DNA of 43,510 nucleotides from Escherichia phage vB_EcoP_ZX6: sequence record MZ424864.1; one strand, 5' to 3'. Shown piece by piece: positions 1 to 9,900 of this stretch (position 1 is its first letter; each line of letters starts with the position of its first letter). The notes under the pieces were generated by a model. It saw only the letters and a program-made list of their open reading frames with translations, ran no database searches and was not told where the DNA came from. The position numbers and the translations under genes were made by a program.

Positions 1-161
1 CCCCCCCCCCCCTAAATTGACGCTAGGCACCCCCTATGGGGGCAATTGGGCGCGTTGAGGGTGAGGGAGGGGCTCGCGTGAGTCTAACAAATTTTGGGTC
101 CAGGTATAGACGTGCAAGCCCCCTTGATTTCCCCGGAGCGCACCAGTGCCAGCAAGTGACG

Positions 162-1901
162 TTACTTGACCACGTTGCACAGCAAGTACGCGTACTTAAC
201 GTCTGCACCGGCCACGGTCTGAATGTTCACACGAATCTGCTTTGCACCTATTGGGACTTTACCCCTCAAGGTGTTCTTGCCGATCACCTTCCAACCCGTG
301 GTGGTGGTGGTACCCAGGTTAGCTGATACCCCACCAGGTAGACTGTTACCGGCAGCATCCAAGAACCCAATAGATATCTGCCCTGCATTACCGGAGGTCG
401 TCGCAATGTTCACCATGCAGGACATACTGAACATGCCGGGGTTAGTTACTGCCTGTACTTGCGATATGTTGGTACCGACACTTACAGGGGCAACTCGCAT
501 AGCTCCCTCTGTACCTTTAGGTCCAGCATTAGCCAGATACTCTACCACAGAGGATGTACCAGCCCCTTTATCTACCGTCCAAGCATTCAGGTTCCCATAA
601 CCAAAATCCCAGTTACTGAATGTGCTAAGACTAGGGTGCAAAGGACACGTACCCGCCCCGTTGCGTAGCTGCAGCATAACCCCAGAGGTTGTGACTGTAC
701 CGGCCCCGCCGATGAATGCGTGATACCCGAGCTCCTGCTCCTGCTGGTAGTGCCCGCCGTAAGGAACAGTTACACCTACAAGGTTCAGTAGGTTGTCGGT
801 AGAGACATACAGAAGCGCCTGAGTCTGTCCAGGGTTGCCGTTTGTAACTATACTGCCCCCGATAATGTTGAATACGTTAGTGTGCCCAGCACTAATGTCA
901 ACGTATCTACGGGTACTAGCACTTCCAGGGTTCTCGAAGTTGCATCCGTTACAGGTTACTGTCGCACTACTCGCCGAATCCACAAAGAACGTGATGTTCA
1001 GGAACGAGCAGGTATTAAACACCATAGTGTATGAGGAGCAAGATAATCGGATATTACTACCTGCGCCATCGAAGAACTGGCAGTGGTAGAACGACAGAAT
1101 CTCTCCAGAGTCATCTAGTCCAGCAGGCACATACAATATCCCGTTAGGGTTGAGGGCGTTTAGGCTGTTTACTTTGTAGAACACAAAGCGCCAAGAGTTG
1201 TGCCCCATTCGGATGTTGCGGTCGAACTTATCGAACGTGCACTCACGAACCTCGGTCTGCCCGTTATAGCTCTTGTCCGATCCCGCTGTTTCCCTGCCAA
1301 CCAGTAGCCCGTCTACTCCGGACGTTTTAGCACCAAACACGTACAGCCCCTGCAGGGCTGGGCTAAGGTTGTTGTAGTAGGCTGCGGGGGTATAGCTATA
1401 GCTGCTATTTATAGAAAACACAACCGAACCAGTAAACTCAGAACAGTCAATGCGCACCTTACCTTGATAACCAATAATACCGGCCCTGGAGGGATCTACA
1501 TTAATTGGAGTGCTCCCCTTGAATTTGTAAGTCGCCACCCCGATATACAGGTCCGTATTCACAGAAGCAGCGTACGCATAAGCCGCAGCCACTGCTGGCT
1601 TACTGTCTATATCTGAATTCGGTAGTGCACCAAACATATCTGCCCAGATAGGTCCGTTTACTACTCGAAGCAGCCGCACTCCATTACTAGCCACTACTAC
1701 CGTGCCATCGTTACCTGTAGCGGTGCTGCTGGTGCTGACCTTGAACAGCCCACCACCTAAACCAACCCCCTCATGCCAAGACAACAACCTAACAAGTTGC
1801 CCGTCCTCAGAGTGTGGGAATGCTTTTAGCTTAGCCATACTGGAGAATTGCGGGTACTCAATAGAATATCCCCCAGCCCTCACTACATCTACTAGTGCCA
1901 T
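162..1901 (-). CDS. tailspike protein, probable polysaccharide (capsule/LPS) depolymerase
   Basis: 579-aa ORF, last gene in the transcription direction. ATG at 1901 is preceded by AGGTGA and lies 11 nt past the endolysin stop. Composition is Gly/Asn/Thr/Ser-rich with repetitive beta-strand character, as in right-handed beta-helix tailspikes. Family not assignable without a search. Confidence 0.6.
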   Translation of the reverse strand: MALVDVVRAGGYSIEYPQFSSMAKLKAFPHSEDGQLVRLLSWHEGVGLGGGLFKVSTSSTATGNDGTVVVASNGVRLLRVVNGPIWADMFGALPNSDIDSKPAVAAAYAYAASVNTDLYIGVATYKFKGSTPINVDPSRAGIIGYQGKVRIDCSEFTGSVVFSINSSYSYTPAAYYNNLSPALQGLYVFGAKTSGVDGLLVGRETAGSDKSYNGQTEVRECTFDKFDRNIRMGHNSWRFVFYKVNSLNALNPNGILYVPAGLDDSGEILSFYHCQFFDGAGSNIRLSCSSYTMVFNTCSFLNITFFVDSASSATVTCNGCNFENPGSASTRRYVDISAGHTNVFNIIGGSIVTNGNPGQTQALLYVSTDNLLNLVGVTVPYGGHYQQEQELGYHAFIGGAGTVTTSGVMLQLRNGAGTCPLHPSLSTFSNWDFGYGNLNAWTVDKGAGTSSVVEYLANAGPKGTEGAMRVAPVSVGTNISQVQAVTNPGMFSMSCMVNIATTSGNAGQISIGFLDAAGNSLPGGVSANLGTTTTTGWKVIGKNTLRGKVPIGAKQIRVNIQTVAGADVKYAYLLCNVVK

Positions 1902-1911
1902 ATATCATCAC

Positions 1912-2511
1912 CTATCGTTTCAATTCAGCCATGGATGCGTTTACATTCTTATACTGGTTCCCAATGGCCTTGCTCTGCCATTGCCTACGCTCCCACAGAC
2001 CCCAGCACACTTTGTTGCGCTGTCCGTTGATGTACTGAGAGCAATCAAAGGTCCAGCGAGTACCCCCCTTGTGCACCCACCCAACTCCTGGGGAATTCTT
2101 CTGGTACTTGCTAATATAACGCCAGTCCAGTACAGCCTTCGCGGCAGATGCATAATCAAGGCTTTTGAGGTGGCGCTTCACGGAGCTTCCGTTGAAACCA
2201 GCCACGCCTACGTTGTACGTGAAGTCCAGGGCACCTAGCAGGGCCACGTCAGAGAGCTGCATAGGAAGCCCGTCAAGAGCTTTTGCATGCTCCCCTGCTG
2301 ATTGTATCAGTTGCTTCTGACAATCGCTCAGCGTGGCTCTCTGGCCCATTTTGACGCCCTTTGTCTCCCCGTAGCAGATAGTCGGGATACCCGCGCTGTC
2401 TTTGTAGGCGGTAAGGCTCAAGCCCTCGTTGTGCTGAATCACTCCAGTGATAGCACCACCGAGCATAGTGGCCCCCGTGAGGGCCGCAATAACCTTAGCC
2501 CTTAAACTCAT
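1912..2511 (-). CDS. endolysin, lysozyme-like muramidase with N-terminal signal-anchor-release (SAR) domain
   Basis: 199 aa. N-terminus MSLRAKVIAALTGATMLGGAITGVI is a weakly hydrophobic Gly/Ala/Thr-rich segment, followed by ..NEGLSLTAYKDSAGIPTICYGETKG.., which resembles the catalytic region of phage P1 Lyz / T4-type lysozymes. Confidence 0.7.
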   Translation of the reverse strand: MSLRAKVIAALTGATMLGGAITGVIQHNEGLSLTAYKDSAGIPTICYGETKGVKMGQRATLSDCQKQLIQSAGEHAKALDGLPMQLSDVALLGALDFTYNVGVAGFNGSSVKRHLKSLDYASAAKAVLDWRYISKYQKNSPGVGWVHKGGTRWTFDCSQYINGQRNKVCWGLWERRQWQSKAIGNQYKNVNASMAELKR

Positions 2512-2746
2512 ATTTAATAGTCCCCTTACGTGCCTGCTCCTCTAGGAGCTTGAATGTACGTCGCTTGTAATACGCATTCCACGCCAGGGTTAGCACCGCG
2601 CACACCGTCGCAGTGATGAAGCTAATAGTGCTCCAGTTCCAGCTCATTAACTCTGCCAACCAACCTCCTGATACCGTGGCACCGGTAACTGCTGCACCTG
2701 CCCGGGTAGCGAGGTCCGACCCAACCATGTCTCCTACCTTAATCAT
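2495..2746 (-). CDS. holin, pinholin-like (two transmembrane segments)
   Basis: 83 aa. TMD1 is Gly/Ala-rich (ATRAGAAVTGATVSGGWLAELM) and TMD2 is hydrophobic (STISFITATVCAVLTLAWNAYY), followed by a basic tail KRRTFKLLEEQARKG. This architecture resembles the phage 21 S pinholin. Overlaps spanin and endolysin ORFs by a few nt, suggesting translational coupling. Confidence 0.55.
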   Translation of the reverse strand: MIKVGDMVGSDLATRAGAAVTGATVSGGWLAELMSWNWSTISFITATVCAVLTLAWNAYYKRRTFKLLEEQARKGTIKYEFKG

Positions 2747-3143
2747 CCTGCTGCCCCTTCTTCCTGAATAGCTTACGAATCACCAGAATGACCACTAGGA
2801 AGACCAGAGGAATGCTGGCCCCAGCTAATCCGGCGAGGATAAGACTGTAACTATCATTGTTAACCACCTGCAGGCGCTCTGCCTGGATTGTGCCGGTACT
2901 AATAGTCTGCACTTGCTTCTTGCTAGAAGTATCCACAGTGCCTACGTTAGAATCTGATACATCAGTTTTGTTGGTGGTGCTGGAGTCCACCTTGTTATTC
3001 AAGCCAACGGTTTGTTTGGTGTTCTCGGCACCAACCTGGGCAGATACATCCGGCTTAGAACCAACTAAGCCGGTGAGTGCAGAGGTCGCCGAGCAACCAG
3101 TCAGAGTAACCGCGAGCAGTAACCCAGCGACCAGCTTACGCAT
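2739..3143 (-). CDS. candidate unimolecular spanin (outer-membrane lipoprotein with C-terminal transmembrane anchor)
   Basis: 134 aa. N-terminal signal peptide ends in lipobox LTGC (MRKLVAGLLLAVTLTGCS). Ser/Thr-rich middle region. C-terminal hydrophobic helix LILAGLAGASIPLVFLVVILVI followed by RKLFRKKGQQDD. This is the architecture of T1 gp11-type u-spanins. Confidence 0.5.
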   Translation of the reverse strand: MRKLVAGLLLAVTLTGCSATSALTGLVGSKPDVSAQVGAENTKQTVGLNNKVDSSTTNKTDVSDSNVGTVDTSSKKQVQTISTGTIQAERLQVVNNDSYSLILAGLAGASIPLVFLVVILVIRKLFRKKGQQDD

Positions 3144-3325
3144 TAGCTAGCAGCCTTCACTGCGTCTACGGCAGCTTCCAGCGCAGCAATCTTGGTATCG
3201 AAGGCGGCACCCGTCTGGGCCACGTTCTGCGGCTGCGTAAGGATTACGTACAGGTCCTTACCGAGAATGTTCAGCTGACGCAGCAGCCCCTGCTGTTGTG
3301 CTGAGGTTGCTTTTGCAATTGCCAT
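3143..3325 (-). CDS. hypothetical protein (60 aa)
   Basis: Minus-strand ORF in the late operon with an Ala/Gln-rich helical composition; N-terminus resembles that of the upstream 181-aa ORF. Confidence 0.4.
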   Translation of the reverse strand: MAIAKATSAQQQGLLRQLNILGKDLYVILTQPQNVAQTGAAFDTKIAALEAAVDAVKAAS

Positions 3326-3342
3326 AATATATTCCTTATAAG

Positions 3343-3888
3343 TTAGGAGAGAGCGATACCAGTAATAACACCGTCGGTCACTGCAAAGGTAACGGTGTCG
3401 GTGAAGGTGCCTGTGGGGGGGGCTACTCCGGTCAGCGCTTGACCGTCAGTAACGATAGCGGCCGCGGCTGGGGCTGCTACGCGAGATACTACGCCGTTGG
3501 CTACTACAGCGGAACCTGCTACGGTTTTGTTATTAGTACTGTCAGCAATAGTCACTGCATCTGTATTACTGACCATTGTAGTGGCCGCAGGCAGTACTAC
3601 TTGCTTTAATGCCCCGTCCCCCACCTGTAAAGTGCCGGTAATGTTCTGTGCACCGGTGCTGTTCGTCACCTTACCCGTAGCGCCATCGCTCACGATAACC
3701 TGATTATCCGGGGTAGCTGAACCGGTGGCAGCTAGCGCAGCCACCAGTGATTCTCCTGCCGTATCTACAGCAGGACCTAATGCCAACAGCGGCCCTGTAT
3801 CGTGTGCAAGAGTCACGGCCTTATCTAACTCAATGGCAGCGTCACGTACTGCTTGACGTTGCGCCAAAGTGGAACTTGCAAATGCCAT
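3343..3888 (-). CDS. hypothetical protein, Thr/Ala/Val-rich, possibly virion-associated
   Basis: 181 aa. Start overlaps the terminase stop (ATGA). Low-complexity beta-rich composition (..VTNSTGAQNITGTLQVGDG..). Function unknown. Confidence 0.5.
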   Translation of the reverse strand: MAFASSTLAQRQAVRDAAIELDKAVTLAHDTGPLLALGPAVDTAGESLVAALAATGSATPDNQVIVSDGATGKVTNSTGAQNITGTLQVGDGALKQVVLPAATTMVSNTDAVTIADSTNNKTVAGSAVVANGVVSRVAAPAAAAIVTDGQALTGVAPPTGTFTDTVTFAVTDGVITGIALS

Positions 3889-5744
3889 TATCTTCTTCCT
3901 CTATGTTGTTTGCCTCTGCCTCGGTTATGCAGCCGAGCAGCTACACCCCGAAGGCCCTTAGACACTTTACTCTGTGCCCAATCCAGCGGGTTCTCAATGA
4001 AGGCCCGAGCCATCTTCTCAGACTCACGCTCAGCCACTACTTTCTCATCTTCCACCAGGTGCCCGTTCAGCGTAGCCACCATCATGGCGATTGCGTCTGC
4101 TCGGTCATCCTTCGCCAGACTACCGCGGTCGTACGTGATGCCGGACAACTGCGCGAACGCAGAGTACAGCCAACGTCTATCGCGGGAGTACGCCATACAG
4201 GTGCTGATATCGTCGTGAACAGCACGCTCATGCACTACCAGGCGGTGCCGACGAGTAACTGGGCTGATTGTGTCGATGATACGACGCTCTTTCTGCGCGG
4301 AGTTGTTCAGGTCCCGTACACCGATACCGGCGAGGCGTCGCTCCCGTAACCGGTTCAGGATAAGCATAGACACGGTGCCGTGCCCCATGTTGCTCTCCAC
4401 AACCATATCCGGGATGTCTAACTCTACGCACAGGTCAATCAGTTTATCAATGTTCTCTTCGCTGATACCCCCTTGGAAGCCGCCTACGGAGAATAGGTGA
4501 ATGTACGAGTTCGCAGCACCGCCAGCGGCGTAGGACACTTCATCCCCGCCACAACCAGCTGGGTCTACCACCAGCACCTTATGCTGGTACGGCAGGTGCA
4601 TGTCCCCGTAGAAAGCCGGGAAGTACATCTGCTGACCCATAATCCCCTCATGCTCGTGCTGGTACAGATACCGGCGGTCTGCGATGTAGGAGAACGTCTC
4701 CGGGGAGGAATCCTGGCTGCCAGAGTAAACCAGCATATCCGAAAGCTTGATGCGCGTACGCATTTGGTCTGACAGGGTGGTGTCGAGCATGTACTGCAGC
4801 TGGAAGCCTTCCGGACCGAAGTCCAGCTCCTTCTCAATCAGTGCATCCTCGTCATAGCGCCCGGTGTCAGTGCTTTCTCCTAGCGTCCCATCGACGCCGA
4901 AGCCGGTGCGTTTATAGCCGCGCTCAATAAGCTCCAGGATATAAGGAGCAAGTGTACTTCCATATCGCTCTTCCATTTCAACAGACGGAATGCGCCCGGG
5001 CCACACGCGGACCTCGAAGCCACGTCCCGGCAGGGTTTTATAGATACTGTCCTTGGTCTGCGGTGTGCCCAGGTACAGCGTATCCCCGTGCGTACAGATA
5101 GCTGCAAAGTCTTTAGAAATCATCAGCAGCTGCTCACGCTGGGTTTGCGTTAAGCCGTTCTTGGTGGTCTCGATATCGTCTGGAATCAGCAGATCCGCAC
5201 GCTTCCCCTGTAGGGATGCAGTGATACCTACACAGGCGACGCTGGCGGACTTATCCAGAGGTTTCAGGTCACAGTGTACGTCGTAACCTTCAAAGGAGGT
5301 TCGGTCCCCACGTGTAGGGTCAGCCTTCAAGTAGCACAGCAGCGGCCAGGTTTCCAGCATACGAATGATTAAGTTCGCTACGTCAGACGCCTGCTTCTCT
5401 GCACCGGACACAATCAGGATACGGCATGATTGGTCCTGGATGAGCCTCCAGACGGCGTACAGTGCAGCTAGTGTAGACTTAGCTTCACCACGCTGTGCGG
5501 CCACCATACGCTTCCTAGGGCCCTTCTGCATGTACTCTGCAATATCGGCCTGCATGTCCGTGAGAGTAAAGCCCAGGAACCGCATACCGATGTATGCGAA
5601 TTCCCGGAAGTCGCTTAGCGCTGCGGCCATCATCATTGCGATGTCCTCGCGCTCCTCTTTGGGAATACTGCGCGGATTCGCACTATAACCAGTAAGTTTC
5701 TGGTTGAGCATGCGCAGTCTTCGCGCAGTCTTCACCGATACCAT
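3888..5744 (-). CDS. terminase large subunit (DNA maturase B)
   Basis: 618 aa. Position and size match T7 gp19-type terminases; N-terminal ATPase region and C-terminal nuclease region with conserved acidic residues (..LVVDPAGCGGDEVSYAAGG..). Confidence 0.9.
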   Translation of the reverse strand: MVSVKTARRLRMLNQKLTGYSANPRSIPKEEREDIAMMMAAALSDFREFAYIGMRFLGFTLTDMQADIAEYMQKGPRKRMVAAQRGEAKSTLAALYAVWRLIQDQSCRILIVSGAEKQASDVANLIIRMLETWPLLCYLKADPTRGDRTSFEGYDVHCDLKPLDKSASVACVGITASLQGKRADLLIPDDIETTKNGLTQTQREQLLMISKDFAAICTHGDTLYLGTPQTKDSIYKTLPGRGFEVRVWPGRIPSVEMEERYGSTLAPYILELIERGYKRTGFGVDGTLGESTDTGRYDEDALIEKELDFGPEGFQLQYMLDTTLSDQMRTRIKLSDMLVYSGSQDSSPETFSYIADRRYLYQHEHEGIMGQQMYFPAFYGDMHLPYQHKVLVVDPAGCGGDEVSYAAGGAANSYIHLFSVGGFQGGISEENIDKLIDLCVELDIPDMVVESNMGHGTVSMLILNRLRERRLAGIGVRDLNNSAQKERRIIDTISPVTRRHRLVVHERAVHDDISTCMAYSRDRRWLYSAFAQLSGITYDRGSLAKDDRADAIAMMVATLNGHLVEDEKVVAERESEKMARAFIENPLDWAQSKVSKGLRGVAARLHNRGRGKQHRGRR

Positions 5745-6046
5745 TAGACAATTCCTTCTAGTAAGTCCTCAGAGTCTGAGCCACTAATCTTGTTTAAAAT
5801 CTCTTTCTTACGCGCCTCTCTACGCGCCGCTAGTTCGTCATCGAATTCGTCACGAAGGTCCTGCATCTCCTCGGAATCTGCATCCGCGGTAATGTCATTG
5901 TCCTTCAAGAACTTAGCGATAACTGATTTATCTGCGGCGGGGAGCGGCACCTCGTCTTCCTTAGACTGCTTGATTTCTTCAATCAAGGCCTCAGTGAACA
6001 TGCGGTGCAGCTCCGAGAGGCGACTGCGTTTAGCCGCCCCTGCCAT
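5744..6046 (-). CDS. terminase small subunit (DNA maturase A)
   Basis: 100-aa charged helical protein immediately upstream of and overlapping the large terminase start; matches T7 gp18 by position and size. Confidence 0.6.
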   Translation of the reverse strand: MAGAAKRSRLSELHRMFTEALIEEIKQSKEDEVPLPAADKSVIAKFLKDNDITADADSEEMQDLRDEFDDELAARREARKKEILNKISGSDSEDLLEGIV

Positions 6047-6057
6047 ACTTCCTCCTA

Positions 6058-6981
6058 CTACGACGTCAGCACCCCGCTGGTGCGCAGGGCTGCCAGCAGT
6101 GCATTTAGTTGTACTACTACATCACCTGTATCCGTTGCGTCGGACACAGCTGCTGCTTTATCCAGATATGCCAAATCCCCCAACGAGTCCGCTAAGTAAT
6201 CAACAGACGCTTGTGTAGCAAAGCCGTCACCTGCAGTTACGTCAACCCCCAGTCTGGCAGCTACAAGGGTACCCGCAGGGAGAGTCGCGGCAAATAGTAT
6301 AGTATTGTCTACTATCTCGAAGCTGTAACCGCGAATTTGCCCAACCCCGTTAATCTCCACTATAGCCTTAGTGAATGCTAGGCCAGGAGTCACTTCGTCC
6401 GTATCCTCGGTCAGCACCGTGCTCCACGGGTAGCTAACTGTCTCTACCCCGCTTATAAAGGTGTTCTCCAAAGCGGACGTGCGCATACTCAAGGCATCGT
6501 CAGCGGCCTTCCGCGTAGCGGCCTCTGCGTCAATACGCTGCCCCAGCAAGGCGTCAGTGGCGTCGACGTATGCCTTAGTAGCAGCATCCTGGGAGTTGAT
6601 TGGGTTGGCTAAGTCGGTTATGCGGTACCCGTTCATACTAATAGTGCCGTAGAATCCGGGGATAGCCCTACCCTCCACCAGCTCTTGCGCCAAGTGCAAG
6701 AACTGCGTGTTCTGAGAGTCTACGTTCACCTCGATGAACGGAGAGCCACTAGCAAACTCAATGTACAGGTACTCTCGCTCGGTCTTGCGGATTAGCAGTA
6801 CCGTGGTATCTGCTTCTAAGGCTGTGTTCAGCCTAATATTAGTAGAGCTGGTCCAGGTGTACCCGGTGGTCTCTACACCGTCTAGGTATACATGAATATA
6901 GGACTTGTCCAAATACTCAATATCGCACTGGATATCCTGTGTACCAGCTGGCTTGATTTGCTCTTGCCAGCTGAATGCCAT
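6058..6981 (-). CDS. tail fibre protein (T7 gp17-like N-terminal adaptor domain)
   Basis: 307 aa. N-terminus MAFSWQEQIKPAGTQDIQCDIEYLDKSYIHVYLDGVETTGYTW.. resembles the conserved tail-attachment domain of T7-group tail fibres; follows the internal virion proteins. Confidence 0.7.
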   Translation of the reverse strand: MAFSWQEQIKPAGTQDIQCDIEYLDKSYIHVYLDGVETTGYTWTSSTNIRLNTALEADTTVLLIRKTEREYLYIEFASGSPFIEVNVDSQNTQFLHLAQELVEGRAIPGFYGTISMNGYRITDLANPINSQDAATKAYVDATDALLGQRIDAEAATRKAADDALSMRTSALENTFISGVETVSYPWSTVLTEDTDEVTPGLAFTKAIVEINGVGQIRGYSFEIVDNTILFAATLPAGTLVAARLGVDVTAGDGFATQASVDYLADSLGDLAYLDKAAAVSDATDTGDVVVQLNALLAALRTSGVLTS

Positions 6982-6982
6982 A

Positions 6983-9900
6983 TTAATCGTCTCCGAAGTT
7001 ATTGATGATAGCTCGCGTAGGTGCGAATTCCTGGATTAACGGGACCAGTCGAAGGAAGGTCTTAATGTCTGAATCCCCTGTGGCCAATCCTTGTAACGCA
7101 CCCAATACGCCTGTAATATAACTCATGGATGCTAAGGAGTGCCTCGGAGTGTCTCCCAAGAACGCAGCCGACAACATGGATATGCCCCCGATTGCACTCA
7201 TACCCAGAGCAGCCTCACTAATGAGTCTGCTAGTATCGGAATCCTTGCCGTCCATGCTGTGCTTGGCCATGGTAGCCAACAGCATCAACGGGAACTGGTA
7301 CGCCATGATATGGGCTACACCAATCCAACCTGCGTCATTCAACTCCCGGCGGAGAATCTTATTAGTAGCTGCCAGTGCAAAGCTCTGGTACCCAACAATG
7401 AGTTTACCTATAGGGTTGAACTGTGCAAAGTGCGAAGTCTCACCAGTGCGAACTTGTTGCACCACATAATCCATCATGCGTGTACCTACAACCTCAACTT
7501 GCATCTGCAGGTCCGGCTGGAACATAGCCCCCGGATTGGCCTTGTTGGCAGCGATGGCCCGGTCAGCAACCTCACGAGTAAGCCCGAAACGCTCCAGACG
7601 CTTAAACGCCTCAGCGTCACCCTTGAACATCTGCGTAAGCTCATCCGCCACAATACCGGAGTTCAGGTTAACCTGCAACCGGTGCACCATACTCATGCCG
7701 TTGACGTGACGTGCAGCCTGCCCAACGTTCTGGGTGACGTTGAACCAAGAGGCCTGACGGGTCAGGTCCAGGTTATCGTCAGCGTACGTATTCAGCCAGC
7801 GGAAGCGCATATCCCTTTGGATGTTACCGCGCAGTACAACATCCAGGCGCGATGCCATATCCGGGGTATTGATAGCCACAGAACCCTCTTTGAACCAGGG
7901 CTGGTCTCGCATACTCCGCAAGACCCTGGCCATACCGAACTCCTTCATAGCCAGAGCTGTGTCGGTTATCTGGTACAGCCCGGAGTTCTTGAGCATTGTG
8001 GCATTCGCCATATTACCAGCTGCGCGCAGCAGGTCCGGAAGCTGCCCCGCATCAGCGGGTGCCCCGCCCAGGATAAAGTCGATAGTATCGTTGACAGTCT
8101 TCTCCCACTTGGCTGGATTAGCCAGGGTATGCTTAGATTCATCAATCATCTTACCCAACTGTCCCAGGTCCTGTACACCTGCGTAGGCCATACCAACACG
8201 CCCAGACATACGGTTAGTATACCCGTGCATAACCTTGGCTACATCAGTATCCATCAGGTCCTGCATGCGCATGTTCTTACCATTCACCAGATACTCTTTG
8301 TCCATGTTGAACCGAGTACGCTGGCGCAGGTTCCGCGCAGGGGATGTGCTACCGGATTCGCGTACGTTAGCGGTTAGGAAGCCCTGGATTGCAGACTCAT
8401 CTACACCAGCGCTGCGCATAGCCATAACGACCTCATCGTTGCCCATACCGTTAATCAGCTGCTTCCACATAGGGCCAGACTGCCCAGCACGGCCATTGTA
8501 TATACCGTCAACCATCCCCTTAGCAACGCGCTGCACTGTTTCGGATTCCATGCTGGGATATACATCCCGCAGAGCGGAGCGGAACAGGGCCCGGTAATCG
8601 TCCAGGGTGTTGCCTTGCATAATACCTTGACGCATCTTGTCGTAGCTGTACTGGCGCGGGAAGTAGTAGTCGGACTTAACCAACGCCCCGTCGTCAACCA
8701 AACCAGCGGCGCGCATATGTTCGTACCACTTACCCGCCCACCCAGACCTTCGGTACGCGTCTACCAGTGGGGCAATCTCTGCATCGGGTACAGGCACAGG
8801 ACGCCCATGAACTTCGGCACTATACGCGGAATCTAGGTATGTACCTAAACGGCCTTCTAACTCAGCACGTGCAGTCCTGAAAGACTGGCGGTGGAAGAAC
8901 CGTGAGAGCATACCTACGCCACGGTCCCGCAGCGCACCAATAATAGCATCTTCTACTATGCTGGCGCTTGCGTCCATCTCTAAGGTGAGGTTGCGCTTGA
9001 AGTCTACTACTGACGGCTTACGTCCACCTACTGCCGTAGCATCCGATACAAGCAGTTTAGCCAAGTCTTCGTTGCCCTGAGCGATGTTATCATACAATGA
9101 GAACATAGTGGCGAATTTACTCTTAGCACCATCTAGCATGGCTTGGGCACCCCTAGCCTCGTTTAGTGTAGTACTGCCCGCTAGGTCTTGGAATGCTTCA
9201 CTACGAAAGCTCGGGGCTTGGTCTGCATAATCCTTAGCCGTCCACTTAACGGCGTCCTCGTACGCATCCAGCACATCTTCCAAGGCAGAGCCTTTGGCCT
9301 TGATGCCCAGAGCGTTCATGATGTACTCTCCGACCTGGCGTAGTATGCTCTTACCACTAGCAGATTGGGTGCGTGCCAGGTACTCCACCCACTCCGGGCT
9401 GTCACCTAGTCCCGCCAGCATCTCATGCACATCACTAGCATAGTAACGCATACGCCCAGTAAGCGTAGAGTTGGCGGCCACGGCAGCGCGTATATCCTCC
9501 AGACGCTTAGCCAGTTCTGGATTGCTGTCAATGGCGCGGGCGGTGGCTGCGTGAATCAGCTCATGTACAGCTACACGGCTAGTACCCGCGTCCATGGCGC
9601 GCAGCGCGTCCCCAGCCGTCTCCCACGTAGTGCCGTTGGCGCTCTTAGGTGCGCGCAGTGATACCTCTCCCCGTAAAGCTAAATCTCTCTGGGAATAAGT
9701 GTATCGGCTACGGTTTGCTGAGCCGGCCACCAGTTTAAAATCAATGTCATTTACAGCATCACCCAGAGTGTCCAGAATAGCCTTCTGACCTGCTGTCAAG
9801 TGCACAGATGTTTTCAAAAACTGAATTACGTGCTGTGCTTTCATATTCACGGAGGCGGTGTTGTTTCTGGATACTGGTATACTTTCATCCAGTGCCCTAG

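Noticed and set aside
1-161. Direct terminal repeat matching the opposite end of the window
   Set aside because: The first ~160 bp and last ~160 bp show no obvious identity by eye, so a terminal repeat cannot be asserted from this sequence alone.
3747-4349. Plus-strand ORFs of 60-220 aa scattered across the window (e.g. 3747..4349, 1702..2238, 11515..12015, 31499..32164, 38351..38983)
   Set aside because: All overlap confidently assigned minus-strand genes, and the whole genome is otherwise transcribed in one direction as in T7-group phages. Treated as spurious.
6350-6370. T7-promoter-like CACTATAG strings, e.g. ctccactatagcc near 6350-6370
   Set aside because: They occur inside coding sequence on the non-transcribed orientation and are not repeated with a common upstream specificity region. 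CTATAG is a short palindrome expected by chance.
7139-8377. 412-aa plus-strand ORF
   Set aside because: Lies entirely antisense to the well-supported 1232-aa gp16-like gene. Long antisense ORFs are expected by chance in GC-rich coding DNA, and its composition is Ser/Arg/His/Cys-rich and non-protein-like.
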